Positions 50,440 through 63,056 of a stretch of DNA of 64,000 bases are shown here, one piece after another (the stretch's first letter is position 1; each line of letters begins with the position of its first letter). The notes beneath the pieces were generated by a model. That model was given only the letters and a program-made list of their open reading frames with translations, was not told the origin of the DNA and made no database searches. The translations under genes and the position numbers were made by a program. Source of the stretch: Octopus vulgaris (lineage: Eukaryota); NCBI GenBank assembly GCA_951406725.2, contig OX597817.1, positions 119,350,001 to 119,414,000 on the forward strand, given 5' to 3'.

Positions 50440-51245
50440 TGGTGGGAGACTGCCTGGTCTAATTCACTTTCTTAAACAGGTGTAAACTTCATACTGAAGG
50501 CTTCTTCAAAATTACTTAGTAGGAAGTTTCTCCCACAGCACAGATACTGTTAGTTTGATAAAAAAAAAACACGGTTAATGTTTATATTCCACAGTTTCTT
50601 TTCTTGTGGTGAGTATAAGAAACTCAAATAGAGCCAAATTAAACAGACTGAACAACTGTTCGCAATTAAGATCAAAGTTTAAATTCAAGAAGAGTGGAAA
50701 ATTAGGTATTATAAATTTAAATATACATCTTATAACCTCCCTACTCTATCTGAGAGTCTTAAATCTGTAGAGATATGTGTTGCAAGTAGCCCTGGGATCT
50801 TAGGACACTGCCTATCCACCACCAATGTCGCAAGGTATGAATAATATAATCCTGATAATGTATTGAACTTCAACAGGCATTCTCATATAAAAGATGGCAG
50901 ACTGCATCTTCTAAATAGTAATACTCTCAGTTGTAACTTCAGAATGAGTGTCCTTTGGATGGGAATTGTGTATACAAAATGCAGTACACTTCAATGCACA
51001 ATCACAGCTTTATTAATATAAAACAGTTTTTCTACCTCTTCATCAGAATATATTTTCAGTTTAAAATCTAAAAGACTTAAGTTTAAAATGCATTAATTTG
51101 TTGTTGATTCTGCCAAACATTAACAAAAGTGGTATGTCAGAAGCATTGAGTATGTTCACATGAGAAACTTTCAAATCTTGTGGCTGATAATCGATACCTG
51201 CTCAATCACAAGCATGAACTCGTTATTAATTGCAGATATAGATAT
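50440..51245 (+). mobile_element. Penelope-like retroelement remnant (Naiad-type C-terminal endonuclease region)
   Basis: Remnant peptides LLSRKFLPQHRY, CNFR/NECPLDGNC, SEYIFSLKSK, CSHEKL, ADNRYLLNHKHELVINCRY are colinear with PLE linker and endonuclease motifs; the GIY-YIG core itself is not readable. Confidence 0.55.
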
Positions 51246-51735
51246 AGAATAAAGTGGTTATTTAGTAACTATACTGTGCAGAGTTAATACTTATCAATTA
51301 ATCAGTAATAGTTTAAACATATGCTGGTGTATGTAATCCATGTAAGAGCAATATAAATTTTAGGAAGTTTATGAGCTTTCAATAATTTATGCCTGTTTTC
51401 CTTCTGTTCATCCATATTTCATTCTAGTTGCAATTATCCCAAGTAGAATAGTTAGTATCAAATGAAGCATGCATAGGATAAATACTTAAGTACTATTACT
51501 TATATGGCTTATTCATCCTGTAACTCTGTCACCTTAATTGAAAATTTTATTATTGCTATAACTATAGATTAAATAGTTTATCATTGCATTAACTATTTTA
51601 TCTACATAGCTGTTGCTTTAATTTACCATATCAAACACCTTTATCTTTTTATTGTTTTATTTTCTATCATTTTTTTAAAATTTGCACTTTTTGTATTATT
51701 GATATAATTATTTTATGCTGTCTTAAATGATGGTT

Positions 51736-51783
<48 letters not shown>

Positions 51784-51812
51784 GTATTACTATGTTATTA
51801 TTATCATTATTG

Positions 51813-52005
51813 AAAAAGTGGTGGGCTGGTAGAAATTTTGCATGTTAGATAAGATTCTTAGCATTAGTTCTTCCAGCTTTACTCTGAGTAAAATTTCTAC
51901 AAAAGTTTGGGGTCAATAAAATAAGTACTAGTTGAGCATTAGGACCAGTGTCATTGACTTACTCCCAACTTTAAATTTGTTGGCATTGTGTCAAATTTTA
52001 AAACC
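51813..52005 (+). mobile_element. SINE family A (degraded)
   Basis: GTGGGCTGGTAGAA head; GGGTCAATAAAATAAGTACTAGTTGAGC; GGCATTGTGTCAAATTTTAAAAC end. Confidence 0.7.
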
Positions 52006-52023
52006 TCCTCCTCCTCTTATTAC

Positions 52024-52057
<34 letters not shown>

Positions 52058-53615
52058 GAGTGAGAGAGCAGAGCCATCAAAGTGACACTGTGATACAAAT
52101 ATACGGATACTACCAAGTGCACCTATCACTACTGGTGTCATGCCCACTTTCTTAATTACCCACAACCTACATATTTCGCATTTTAATTCATCATAGATGT
52201 TTACTTTTCTTCCCTCTCTTCAATCCTGTTGATACCTAGATGAGCTATGTTAATTATCAGATACGTTTTTCTCTTTTCTGCTCACCACAAAAATGCCACC
52301 TTTTTTTGTTCACACTTCACTAATTTTAATCATTCACAAACAGTGAGCAACACTGGTTCACCTCACTCACCAAACATTCTGCATTTGTCAGTCTCAGTTG
52401 TTTTATCAATTTTGTACTTCACATAGTCTGTCCTCAATGCTTGTTCCTGTGTTGCACACAAAAGTGCTTCTCTTTCTATCTTCAAGTCAGTCCTCTGCAT
52501 CCATAACCATTGGCCTTCTGCATATGTCTTTGCACTCGTCTCTTTCAAACTGACTGTAGGCTTTCTTTCCTTTCCATACCACATTTTTTGTGCTCTTTTC
52601 CCTCTTTAAAGTTTTCTTTCTTAACGCAATAGTCACTTTTGATTATGCTGCACTTCTTCACATGCGTCAACAATGGTTCCATGGCATTTTTACATACCAC
52701 ACTAAATTGTTTTTCTCTGATTCAAAACAATCCTGGCAACTAATCAAACCTCTCCCATCCTTTCTTCTGGACAAGTATAACTAATCAGCATCATTCTGGA
52801 GATGTAATGCTCCAAGCAACATCAATAATTTCCATGTCTTCATATTCATACTCATAAGTTCATTCTTTTGTCAGTTTATGATTCCATCTTGATACCTAAG
52901 TGCATAATTACTGCTTGGAATTTATTCCATCAAGTCAATTTTGAGCACAATACCAATCTTAGTCTTTCAAAATATTCTTTCCTCAGCTGTTCTTTCATTT
53001 CATCCTCCATGATTTCATTGAACTCTAGCATGCCAAAATACTTATCACCTTCCATTTCAATTTGTTTCATTACTTCCTATTTGGTAATTCTATCCCTGCC
53101 TGAGACATACCTTACCTCTTTTCACTCATTACATCACAATTCTTGAGTCTGAATTCGATCTTAAAGTCAGTACTAAAACAATGGACAGTGTTCACCAAGG
53201 GGTTCACATGTACCTCATGCACCATACAGCTTGAAAACATTCATGAAGAGAAGATGGTTGATTCCTTGTGTTTTTTCCTTTGAACTTAGGTCTCAAGTTC
53301 CCTTTCCTCAGCACCAAGTACAAAAAGCAACAGAGATAAACAATCTCCTTGGTAAATCCCTCTCTTGATGCGCAGCATGCCCAAGTATTGTCTATACAAG
53401 GTCAACTCGGTCTTCCAACCCTCAATACATCTCTTCAGAAAACATGTTACACTCCTTGCAATCCTAAATATATCTAATCACTCAATGATCTGTGAAAGTG
53501 GAATCATATCATAAGCTTTGTGGTAATCAATCCAGGTCATTCCCAAATTTGTCCTCCTTTACTTAAAATCTTGCATTACCATTTTATCTATTGATACTTG
53601 GTCTTTTGTACCTTT
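52058..53615 (-). mobile_element. 5'-truncated R4/Dong-like non-LTR retrotransposon (RT plus restriction-like endonuclease), decayed
   Basis: Minus strand: GTKDQ, WIDYHKAYDMIP, KRGIYQGDCLS, INHLLFMNVFKLY (FMDD site mutated), ALLCATQEQALRTDY...KCRM, YDELKCEICRLW...PVVIGALGS; (TAA)n on both sides on the element strand. Confidence 0.88.
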
Positions 53616-53616
53616 A

Positions 53617-53657
<41 letters not shown>

Positions 53658-53846
53658 GCATTTGTTGTTGTCATTTTTCTTCTTCTGTAGAATAATGTAT
53701 CTATATTAATATGAGCAAAACGCCCCTCATCCAATGGACGGTGCTGATTTGTCAAACATTTAAACCAAATTTTCTCAAAACAACTTGTCCGACTGTCCCA
53801 TAGGCCTCCCCTTTGAGAAACACTGATTTAACCTAAATCTGAGACA

Positions 53847-54072
53847 CCAGCAAAAGACGGATTTTGACTGATGTACTTGCGCATACAAATTCACGTTCCC
53901 ACGGCTTTATCAATCGCATTCTCACCTGGAAACAATTTTTGTAATTTTTTCAAGACTTATACATGCCCTGATACCGTCGATATGTATATATCAAATTTGA
54001 GCGCAATCGGATGGAGGATGCTCGAGATCCTAGAAGACACACAGACAGACAGAATGGATTTTATATAATAGA
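53847..54072 (-). mobile_element. Probable non-autonomous Helitron
   Basis: Minus strand starts A|TCTATTATATAAAA then (TCTG)n and CATCCGATTGCGCTCAAATTTG, architecture like 42509-42890; the 3' CTAG is only present as a variant, so the left boundary is uncertain. Confidence 0.55.
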
Positions 54073-55382
54073 TTAGTAGTGCAGGAATGTCTTTGTAATT
54101 ATGATTAAATCTTTTCTTATGTACAGAAGTTGATGTTACTGCATATTTGGTATAGTATGACAGTATGAATCTTTAATGTATATCATAAGGTTACTCATTT
54201 TAAATACTCTGGTGACATATTCAAGCCTTCCTGTTTGCCAAAACTAATTTATAATGGCTACAGCTAGCTGATTCAGTTACCCTGTTTGAGCTCATTGCTA
54301 TTAGTCTTGTTCTATCTGTTATTTGATGCCCTGCTATCTTTATTTTCCTTAATTCCTATTCATTATTCATTAGCATGTATTTCTTCCCTTGCCATTTATT
54401 ATCTTTGTTTCCTTTTTTCCTTTATTTTCATTTTACTCTTATTTCTCTATTTTTACTCCATTTAGATTTTTATTCTTCACCTCTGCAAATTGTTTTTTTT
54501 GTTTTTTTAAATATAATACTTTGCTGTAGTATCTCCTAAATTTTGTACCACTTTATCACTTCTGATATTAATTGCATTTTGTTTGAACATGATAGTTTGG
54601 TATATTAGAGTAGCATTTTGAATTTTTTTTATATACATTGACGTTATCCTCTGATGAAATGGTTTGTTAAAGTTCCTTGCAACCACTATAATTATTGTTG
54701 AAGATACACTCATAAAATCTGTAATATATATATATCGGTTAATATACAGAATTTACAAAAGAGCAACTAACAGTTTCAAGCTTTAGCGATACAATAAATT
54801 GACAGATTTATATAACATATATAAATGGATAAAAGAGATGCAAGTGATGTATAGCTGGAAGAGCACACACATTCTTTTTAGGTCCAAGAATTACACCACT
54901 ACTTAATTTCACATCGAAAATTTCAAGTGAATGCAAGCACATGGACAAGTTTCCTTTGTTGAACAGGAGGACAGCACCTGCACTGGACTCAATAGCTATC
55001 TCACAAACTTTGGCCTTCTTTCTGTTATATTATTTTACAGCAGCTAGATTAATAATGATTTCTACAGACAAGGAGGACAAAGATTTTGATTTTCTTTGCA
55101 ATTTTTTCTCCTCGGTTTTTTTCATGTTCTTTTATAGACCAGTGTCCTGGTTTTTAAATATATCTACCAATATTCACTGAGCCTGAAAGACTGCTTGGAA
55201 ATATATGGCATGTTGTATAAATCTGCCAATTCATTGTGTCTCTAAAGCATGAAGCTTTTAATGGCTCTTTTGTAAATTGCATATATTAAAAATTTATCCC
55301 TCGCTGGATGGAGTACATTTTTTTGTTGATCTTGCTTATAACAGAAATGTAAACTATATATTATATTATATATATATATAGA

Positions 55383-55416
<34 letters not shown>

Positions 55417-56076
55417 TATATATATATATATATATATATACCTACACACAGATGTGTGTTTGTGTGCATGTATTTTCCACCTTTTTATTAATATATTATA
55501 TTTTATTATTTTTATTAAAATTTATGATACACATTAAACCTTATGTACCTCAGAGTGTATATATAATGGGAAGCTTTATGAAAATATATATATGCACGCA
55601 TATAGACACATATAAATGTTTGTGAATGTACATACATACATAGATATACTTATGAAGTAGCTACAAGAAGTTGTTCTAATTGGCTTGCTTTTTGTTTTGT
55701 CGGTTTTTTAGTAAAGAAGATTGAACATAAACACAAAATTCCTATCCACCACATAATACAATAAATAATTTGGATTTAAATGAATATCTGCGTAGTTTAC
55801 AGCTTGTGACTCCAAACAGAAATTGTGTAGACAATTTAAATTACAATTTAGAAATGAAATTCTCTATTTAATGACATGATAAAAAAATAGAAAAGAAATA
55901 TATTCATGTGATTAAAAATAAATAATTTCATAAAGATTTCATCATTTACGAAAATAAGTCTAAGAGACAATTTAGAAATCTTAAATAAGGTCCCTATGAC
56001 TTATGGAACTCAAAAACCAATTAAAAAATTCTTAAACCATCATGGACTATATTTCTAAAAAATAGATTATTTATGG

Positions 56077-56423
56077 TGGTAGTTTTCCATTGTTGCCCAT
56101 ATGGCCCCTGAAGGTCCATATAGGATTTTTGGGGGTTGATACAACAAAATAGTGAACTGGGGATCCACAATAGTATTTTAAGGGCTCCTGAAAAATTTTG
56201 CTTTAGATATATGTAAAAGTATGTATAACAAGAAACAGGTAGATTTCTTTCTTTAGCATTTTACATGGCTCAACCTATAGAAGTTAATGAGTGAAAAACA
56301 AAATAGCAATTTTGAAAGAAGTTTTAATAAAACTAGCTTTCAAGCAGTGAATGGCTATGAGATTCCACCAGAATAAAATAGTTGTCAAACGGGTCCATAA
56401 GTAGAAAATGGTTGAGAATCCTT
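56077..56423. mobile_element. Degraded hAT-type MITE
   Basis: Right end GGTTGAGAATCC resembles a CAGGGGTTCTCAACC TIR; repeated internal GGTCCA/GGATCCA motifs; left TIR and TSD eroded. Confidence 0.55.
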
Positions 56424-56854
56424 CATCTATGGCTTTCAATGAATTTTTAACACAATCCTGGTTGCTGAGGAATGTAGCAAAACATATCTTTATATGTTGG
56501 TAATTTATCCTGCTACTAACCAACTGTAAAACAGATACCATGCATGTAATAGTAATATTTTAAAGCAGTGAGTGATTCAGAAGTCCCTTTACAATTTGAA
56601 TAGTACATAATTTTTTTCTTTTTCATTTTGTAATAATTTTCTTTTTATATATGTTTAATATACTCCTTGCTATTTTCATATGAATATCATTTGAAATAGA
56701 ATTTTTTAATACATTTTGGAAGTGTCACTATCAAAAAATGAATGAAGATTCATTATCTCACAGGACATAGCACAATAAAACTTGGTAGCTGAATCCATGC
56801 TTTCATTAGTAGTTTTAGCTCAAGAGTGAGCAAAATATTAAGTTGATGGGACAC

Positions 56855-56980
56855 AGCTGCACCAGTAGTTTATTTCAGCTGAGTAGACTGTTAACATAAA
56901 ATGAGGTGCTTTACTTAAGGACATAATATAACACTGGTATATTATGCCAAACTCAGAACCTTGTCATCATGTGCTTAAAA
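56855..56980 (-). mobile_element. SINE family C fragment
   Basis: AGCTGAGTAGACTG...AAATGAGGTGCTTTACTTAAGGAC is the reverse complement of the block at about 3055-3105. Confidence 0.5.
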
Positions 56981-57190
56981 TGTGTGTGTTTGTGTGTACG
57001 TGTGTGTGTGTGTGTGTATACATAACATATTGTAAGCATTTTCTCAGTGGACAGACAACTTATTAAATGAGATATCGAATTTATACTGTGCTTTGCCCTG
57101 TGCTGGGCTGTTCATGACTACCATGAACAACCAAGGCTGGGATGACATTCAGAATAGACTGTCAATTTAGAAATAATAAATATACACACT

Positions 57191-57224
<34 letters not shown>

Positions 57225-57250
57225 ATATATAGACATACATATATACATAC

Positions 57251-57281
<31 letters not shown>

Positions 57282-58683
57282 TAAATATACATATGTACTT
57301 CTACATACCAATACATACTGCCTCTAACAAAGCACTGAATAGTAAATTGACTGTGGCCTTCCTCATTTTTTAATTGAGATTATTTGGAATATAGGCACAT
57401 GCATTCACCCCAACACACACAGACACAATTTTATTCTTAGAACAAAACAATCATTGATCAATCCAAAATGATTCTTTAAAACTGTAGTGGATATCTTATA
57501 GGAACCATAAATTACACTTTTGGTGTCACTTAACCAAAAGTAAATACTTTTCATCATGTTTATCTAAACTTGTATTTCAGGTTTGAACTTATTATTATTC
57601 AAGTCAATAGTTCCTAACCTTGACCAGTCAAAAAGAAAAAGAAAAATTAAAATCTTTAAATATCTATTTTCAAACCATCATAATAGGCAATTAAGCAAAT
57701 ACAAATTTGAATGTGAGTTTTGAAAAGGAAATTTAATTAATAATAGCTGAATTTAAAGGCCATTTCCCATACAGAATTCTCAAAAAAAAATCTTCAAATT
57801 ATAAATTATACTGAGCCAATACAGTAAGGATTAAGCAAAAAAATGAATAAAATTACTTTTTCTACCAGAAAGATATTGCTAAATCATTACTTATAATGTA
57901 TTTAATTATTCAAAAAGATAAACGTTTAACACAACAGTCTAAAGCAAAGTAAGAGGAATTAGAAAGAGAAAAAAACAATTGAAAATAAGATTGAAGCAGA
58001 CTTTTTTTGTATGCTGCTTAATGTTTTGGAAAATACTTAAAATATCAATAAAGCAAGAATATATACTGAAAAATGTGTAATTGTGTCAATATTTCTGATG
58101 GAAACAGAAGTTTTTAAATTTGAAAATACATAGAAATCTTTCACTTCATTTAACTATGACAAAAAAAAAAATAAGTAGAATGAAATGGGTGAAACAAAAA
58201 AGTACAACAAATGAAGACATAAAAAGAGAGAGTAAACATGAATTTAAAGCAGAATAGATGTTGATATTGAAGAATAGCAACAAGATATTTACACTCCTAC
58301 AGATTAACAAATACTTATTTCATGTTTTATGAACTGATAAGATGATATTTAAAAATCCTAATAGGACATTAAGCTAATAATGAATTTATTTGATGTAATC
58401 TAGAACTTGAAGACTAATGATGAAGACACTACAGGAGATAATGGAAAAAATTTATAATGAAGAGCATAATCAATTCATACAACTAATCGCAACCCCACAA
58501 ATACATATTAGGTTCCTCTGCAATATATGAACAAAATACTTAATATATTAAGCTAATGCTTAATCCTCTACTTTAGCTCTTGCACAATAAAGTAATATGA
58601 TTAGATATATTAGAAAACAAGTTCTTAATAATGCTTCTACATAATATTACTTAAATATTACTCAAATATGGTTATTTATTTTT

Positions 58684-58686
58684 TAC

Positions 58687-58734
<48 letters not shown>

Positions 58735-58781
58735 TATTATTATCATTATTATTATTATCATTATTATTATTATTATTATTA
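58684..58781. repeat. (ATT)n/(ATC) microsatellite
   Basis: Direct reading. Confidence 0.95.
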
Positions 58782-58985
58782 CCAACAATACTAATCATCT
58801 ACCTACCAGAATGTTGAACTATATATATAGTGGAATATTATACGTATAACATTCTGCCTAAAAAATGGATCTACAAATACAACATCCCTACATGTCTCAC
58901 ATCTATTTTCTTTTCTTTCCTCCACCTCAATCTCTATTTTATATCTTATCTAAATTAACTATTTCTTAACCATCCTCTCACACCT

Positions 58986-59086
58986 TCTCCGATGAAGGGA
59001 TATAATAAATATCCTGGTTACAGCTGTACGACCTTCTATTTATAAATGTTCTAAAATCTACACAGCCTTGGTTCTTTATCTCATTA
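58986..59086 (+). repeat. Second copy of the hammerhead-bearing Penelope-like terminal repeat
   Basis: TCT-CCGATGA-AGGGATAT/AATAA/ATATCCT-GGTTA-CAGCTGTA; downstream TTTATAAATGTTCTAAAA...GCCTTGGT...TTATCTCATT shared with 30860-30925. Confidence 0.65.
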
Positions 59087-59534
59087 CAAAAAAAAAAAAT
59101 TATATACATATTGTATATACTGAAACCACATTTGCCTTACATGGGTCCAGCTTTTAGAAAACAAATCCTTCAACAGAAATCACTTCAACTGGAAACATTT
59201 CACATTTGGGGAAGTTAGATTTATGTCAAATGAAAACAAACATTTTTCTAGGAGTGTATTATTTCTAAAATTGGTTAACTGGGTCTTCTTTCTCTAAAAC
59301 ATTTACTACTGTACAAAAAGTGTATGATACTGAAGTACAAGACATAACTTTTTTAAAAGATAACTAAATAAAGGAGAAACATTTTTTTGATAAGTACAAT
59401 ACTGAATGAATTTTTTACAGTTAGCCAAAGAGAAATATGAGTTTGATAATATATTCTACAAGTTTTTGAACAGCCATTTCCTTTAGCACAAATATTATTA
59501 TCATTATTATTATTATCATAATTATTATTATTAT

Positions 59535-59568
<34 letters not shown>

Positions 59569-59969
59569 AAAGGGAGCATTAAACCAAGAAAGTGATAAGC
59601 TGTTCATGTGTTGAAACATAATATAAGCTTCTTGTTCTGTTTTGCTCTCTTCAACAATTTTGTGAAAATCTCATGTCCATATATGTTATTCAAAATCAAA
59701 TCACAAGTTTAGTCTGATGATGATGGAGTTTAAGTTACTGAAATATTAACCAGATTAAAACATTGGAATACTAACTAGAAGCCATATGTCCCAGCTTTGG
59801 CACAGCTACTATCTTATACACTGCAGGCTAGGATGCTCAACTTGATAATGCTAATAGTAAATATTAAATGCTAGTTATTTCTGAGGTGATATCATGTATT
59901 ATCAAATAGGGAGAGTAGAGGACATGTAACTGAGAAGTTTGATCCTCAATATTACAATATATTCATAAT

Positions 59970-60340
59970 TGCAGGTGTGACTGTGTGTTAAGAAGTTTGC
60001 TCCCCAACCATATTGTTCTGGGTGCAGTCCCACTGCATGGAACCTTTGGCACTAGTCTTCTACTATAGCATCAGGCTGACCAAAGCCTTCTGAATTGCTT
60101 TGGTATATGGAAGCTGAAAGAAGTCCATCATGTGTGTGTGTCTATTCCATCACAGTTTGATATCAAGTGTTTGTGGGTTTATGTCCCTGTAACCTCGCAG
60201 GTCAGTAAAAGAGATCCATAGAATATGTACCAGACTTTAAAAAATAAGTACTGAGATTGATTCATTCGACAAAAAAATTCTTCAAGGTGGTGCCCCAGTA
60301 TGGTCGCAGACTAATGACAAATAAATAAGAGATAAAAAGA
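59970..60340 (+). mobile_element. tRNA-derived SINE, family B, near full length
   Basis: GCAGGTGTGACTGTGTGTTAAGAAG head, GGGTGCAGTCCC B-box variant, TCTTCTACTATAGC...GACCAAAGCC core, short (TG)n, AAGGTGGTGCCCCAGTATGG 3' end. Confidence 0.85.
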
Positions 60341-61319
60341 TGGCCAAACAGGTAACAATTAAATGATCTGGACCAGGTAACAGAGAGCTGGAACTCCTCA
60401 TTACACTCAGCAGCAGCAAAGTCAATTTCAACAATTCTTTGACAGGCAGAAATACCAAACCAAATTTCTGCATAGGAAAACTTAGCTGTGACAAACCAAT
60501 GCCCTACTCAGAGGAATGACTTTATCTAATTTGCTAATGTTATAAACCTAGATATAAATACTAGTCCAAGTTGACCGCTAGTATCCATAAAGAAATTAGC
60601 TTAGACTTTTTCTCGGCTGAATAAATTCTAAAGTCAAGCAGTGGTTTAAACTCATGCTTCACTAATATGCAAATGCATAAATCACTTAACGGCTATCCTT
60701 GCAGGTAGCTTTTAAAGTGGAAGAAATGAACTAGAAGCTAAACGTAAGTCAACAAATTCCTCATTGGTTCTACAGCAGTACTACTGCTACTAAAAACAAT
60801 GAATTAATTATACAACCAGTGGTACCTACTCGGAGCAATATTTCTTACATTTTCAGAGTTTAAGCATTTTGCATATAACACAGTATTGGCCTATATTTCT
60901 TGTGCTTGGTTGGTAATAGATCAACTCAGCTGTCATGTACATATATATAATATGAAATATGTACAATTAATTATAATCAATTGTGTGTGTGTGTGTGTGT
61001 GTATATGTGCGTGTCTTGTTGTTGAGATAGGCTCTCTTTCTTTCCTAATGAGAAGATTGCATTTTACACCGTTTATTCCTTTGGAATAAAACCAATGTTG
61101 TCTTCGAAACATATGTCGAAAGTAAAAGAATTTTAATAACATCTGCATTCAACTCCATTTATTTACTTATACTACACAAATTACTGCACATTAACCTGGA
61201 GTTTCTACCTTTGAATAGGTCGCTTCATCCGTGTTACTTGTGTGAATTTTGCTACCCTGGTAACTGTTTATTGAATTTTCCATGTTAACGGTAAGCAAAG
61301 GATAATTCATTCATCCATT

Positions 61320-61335
61320 TATATATCTATATATG

Positions 61336-61386
<51 letters not shown>

Positions 61387-61399
61387 TATATGTATATAA

Positions 61400-61440
<41 letters not shown>

Positions 61441-61467
61441 TGTATGTATATATATGTATATATATAA
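61320..61467. repeat. (TA)n-rich microsatellite
   Basis: Direct reading. Confidence 0.9.
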
Positions 61468-61636
61468 AACCACATTTAGAGTCAAGTTTTGGTTGCTATA
61501 TCTAGCATCTTGGTATCTTTTAGATACCCTTAATGATAATTTTAATGATAATTATTACCTATGAGGTTTTTATTTCCATGCTAGCCACTTGATATGATCG
61601 GTATTTTAAATAACAATCTTATCCTTATTTATATAA

Positions 61637-61672
<36 letters not shown>

Positions 61673-62490
61673 GAAATTGCATGCAATTGTGTGTCAATGA
61701 TGTTTACAAACATATGTGAAGCTTTACAGTTTATGATTTACATAAGGCACTTCACTGTTTGATTAGCACTAATTGTATGTGAGGAACGGAAGGAGAGAGA
61801 ATGGAGTGCGATACAATATAATCTTGTGCTTAGTGACATGCAAAGCTATGTATATTTAGCAATAATATAGAAACATTAGATGGAAAATAACTGAAGACAA
61901 TATAAAACCTTTGACAGGAGCACAGAAAATGTATCCATAAAGGCATTTACACAAGTGGAAGTGGAAGTTTGATGGAACACAATTTACTTTTCTGAAGATG
62001 TTGGCTCTCTCATTTACATTTGGAAGAGCAGTTACTTAAGAAAACATCTTTTGCATTAAATACTTAAACTGACAGGGAGCATTATCCATTTACACCTTTT
62101 CAGTGACTGTTGTGCACATGTCCGTTGCCAATGTCAACATTGCCTGTGTGATCAGAGAGTTCATGAGCAAATTTATATTCAACTTCCCTTGAATAATTTA
62201 TTTTTAATTTTTATTTATTTTTACTATGCTTTATTCTGATTTAGCATCATTACTCTAAGAAAAGCCATTATTTGACAATTCTGTGTAATATACATACATT
62301 TGATCTATTTTGCTATTGGAGTTTTTGGCTATGTCACATTCTATAGTAAGGTCTTTGATCTTATAATGGAGAGTATAAATTAATTATTTTGGCATAGATG
62401 AAACTCAAGATAGTGTGTAATATGTTCAATTGCTATCAGAATTTGTTGTTATCACTCTCTTCTGGCATATGGAATGTTTTCATGTGAAGC

Positions 62491-62661
62491 AATAAACTAC
62501 TAAATATTTATAAATATATGCTGTTCTTTATTATTAGTCATACTTTGGGAACATCATGTACATAAACAGTTCTAAGATTGTTCATATGTCTGTATGTTTG
62601 CTAGCATGCATAAGTACACACACACATACATGTCTGTGTGCATGAACATATGTATATTCCT

Positions 62662-62698
<37 letters not shown>

Positions 62699-62987
62699 AC
62701 ATACATGAAGAATATTATGCATGTACACATACATACATACATACAGAGAATATTATGCACATACAGATATATATATATATATATATATACATGCATACAC
62801 ATGGTAATTTTACACACATGCTCACATACACACACTACCTATAAATATGTATATACATATATATATGAGCAAGAATATATAATAAACTACTAAATATTTA
62901 GAAATATATGCTGTTGTTTATTATTAATAATAGTTTGTGAACATCATGGACATAAATAATTCTATAGATGCTTGATATGCTTGTATG
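62491..62987 (+). repeat. Direct duplication with 390-bp period
   Basis: AATAAACTACTAAATATTTA.AAATATATGCTGTT.TTTATTATTA...GAACATCATG.ACATAAA at 62491 and 62881. Confidence 0.85.
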
Positions 62988-63022
62988 TGTGCATGCATGG
63001 TATGCATAAGTATGTGTGTATG

Positions 63023-63056
<34 letters not shown>

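Noticed and set aside
54648-54692. Further copy of the hammerhead repeat
   Set aside because: CTGATGA present, but GAAA and stem II too eroded to support.
60365-60520. GC-richer unique stretch with open frames
   Set aside because: No consistent splice sites or recognisable domain; may be old LINE debris.
61219-61290. 72-bp AG...GTAAGC exon-like segment
   Set aside because: Stops in all three frames.
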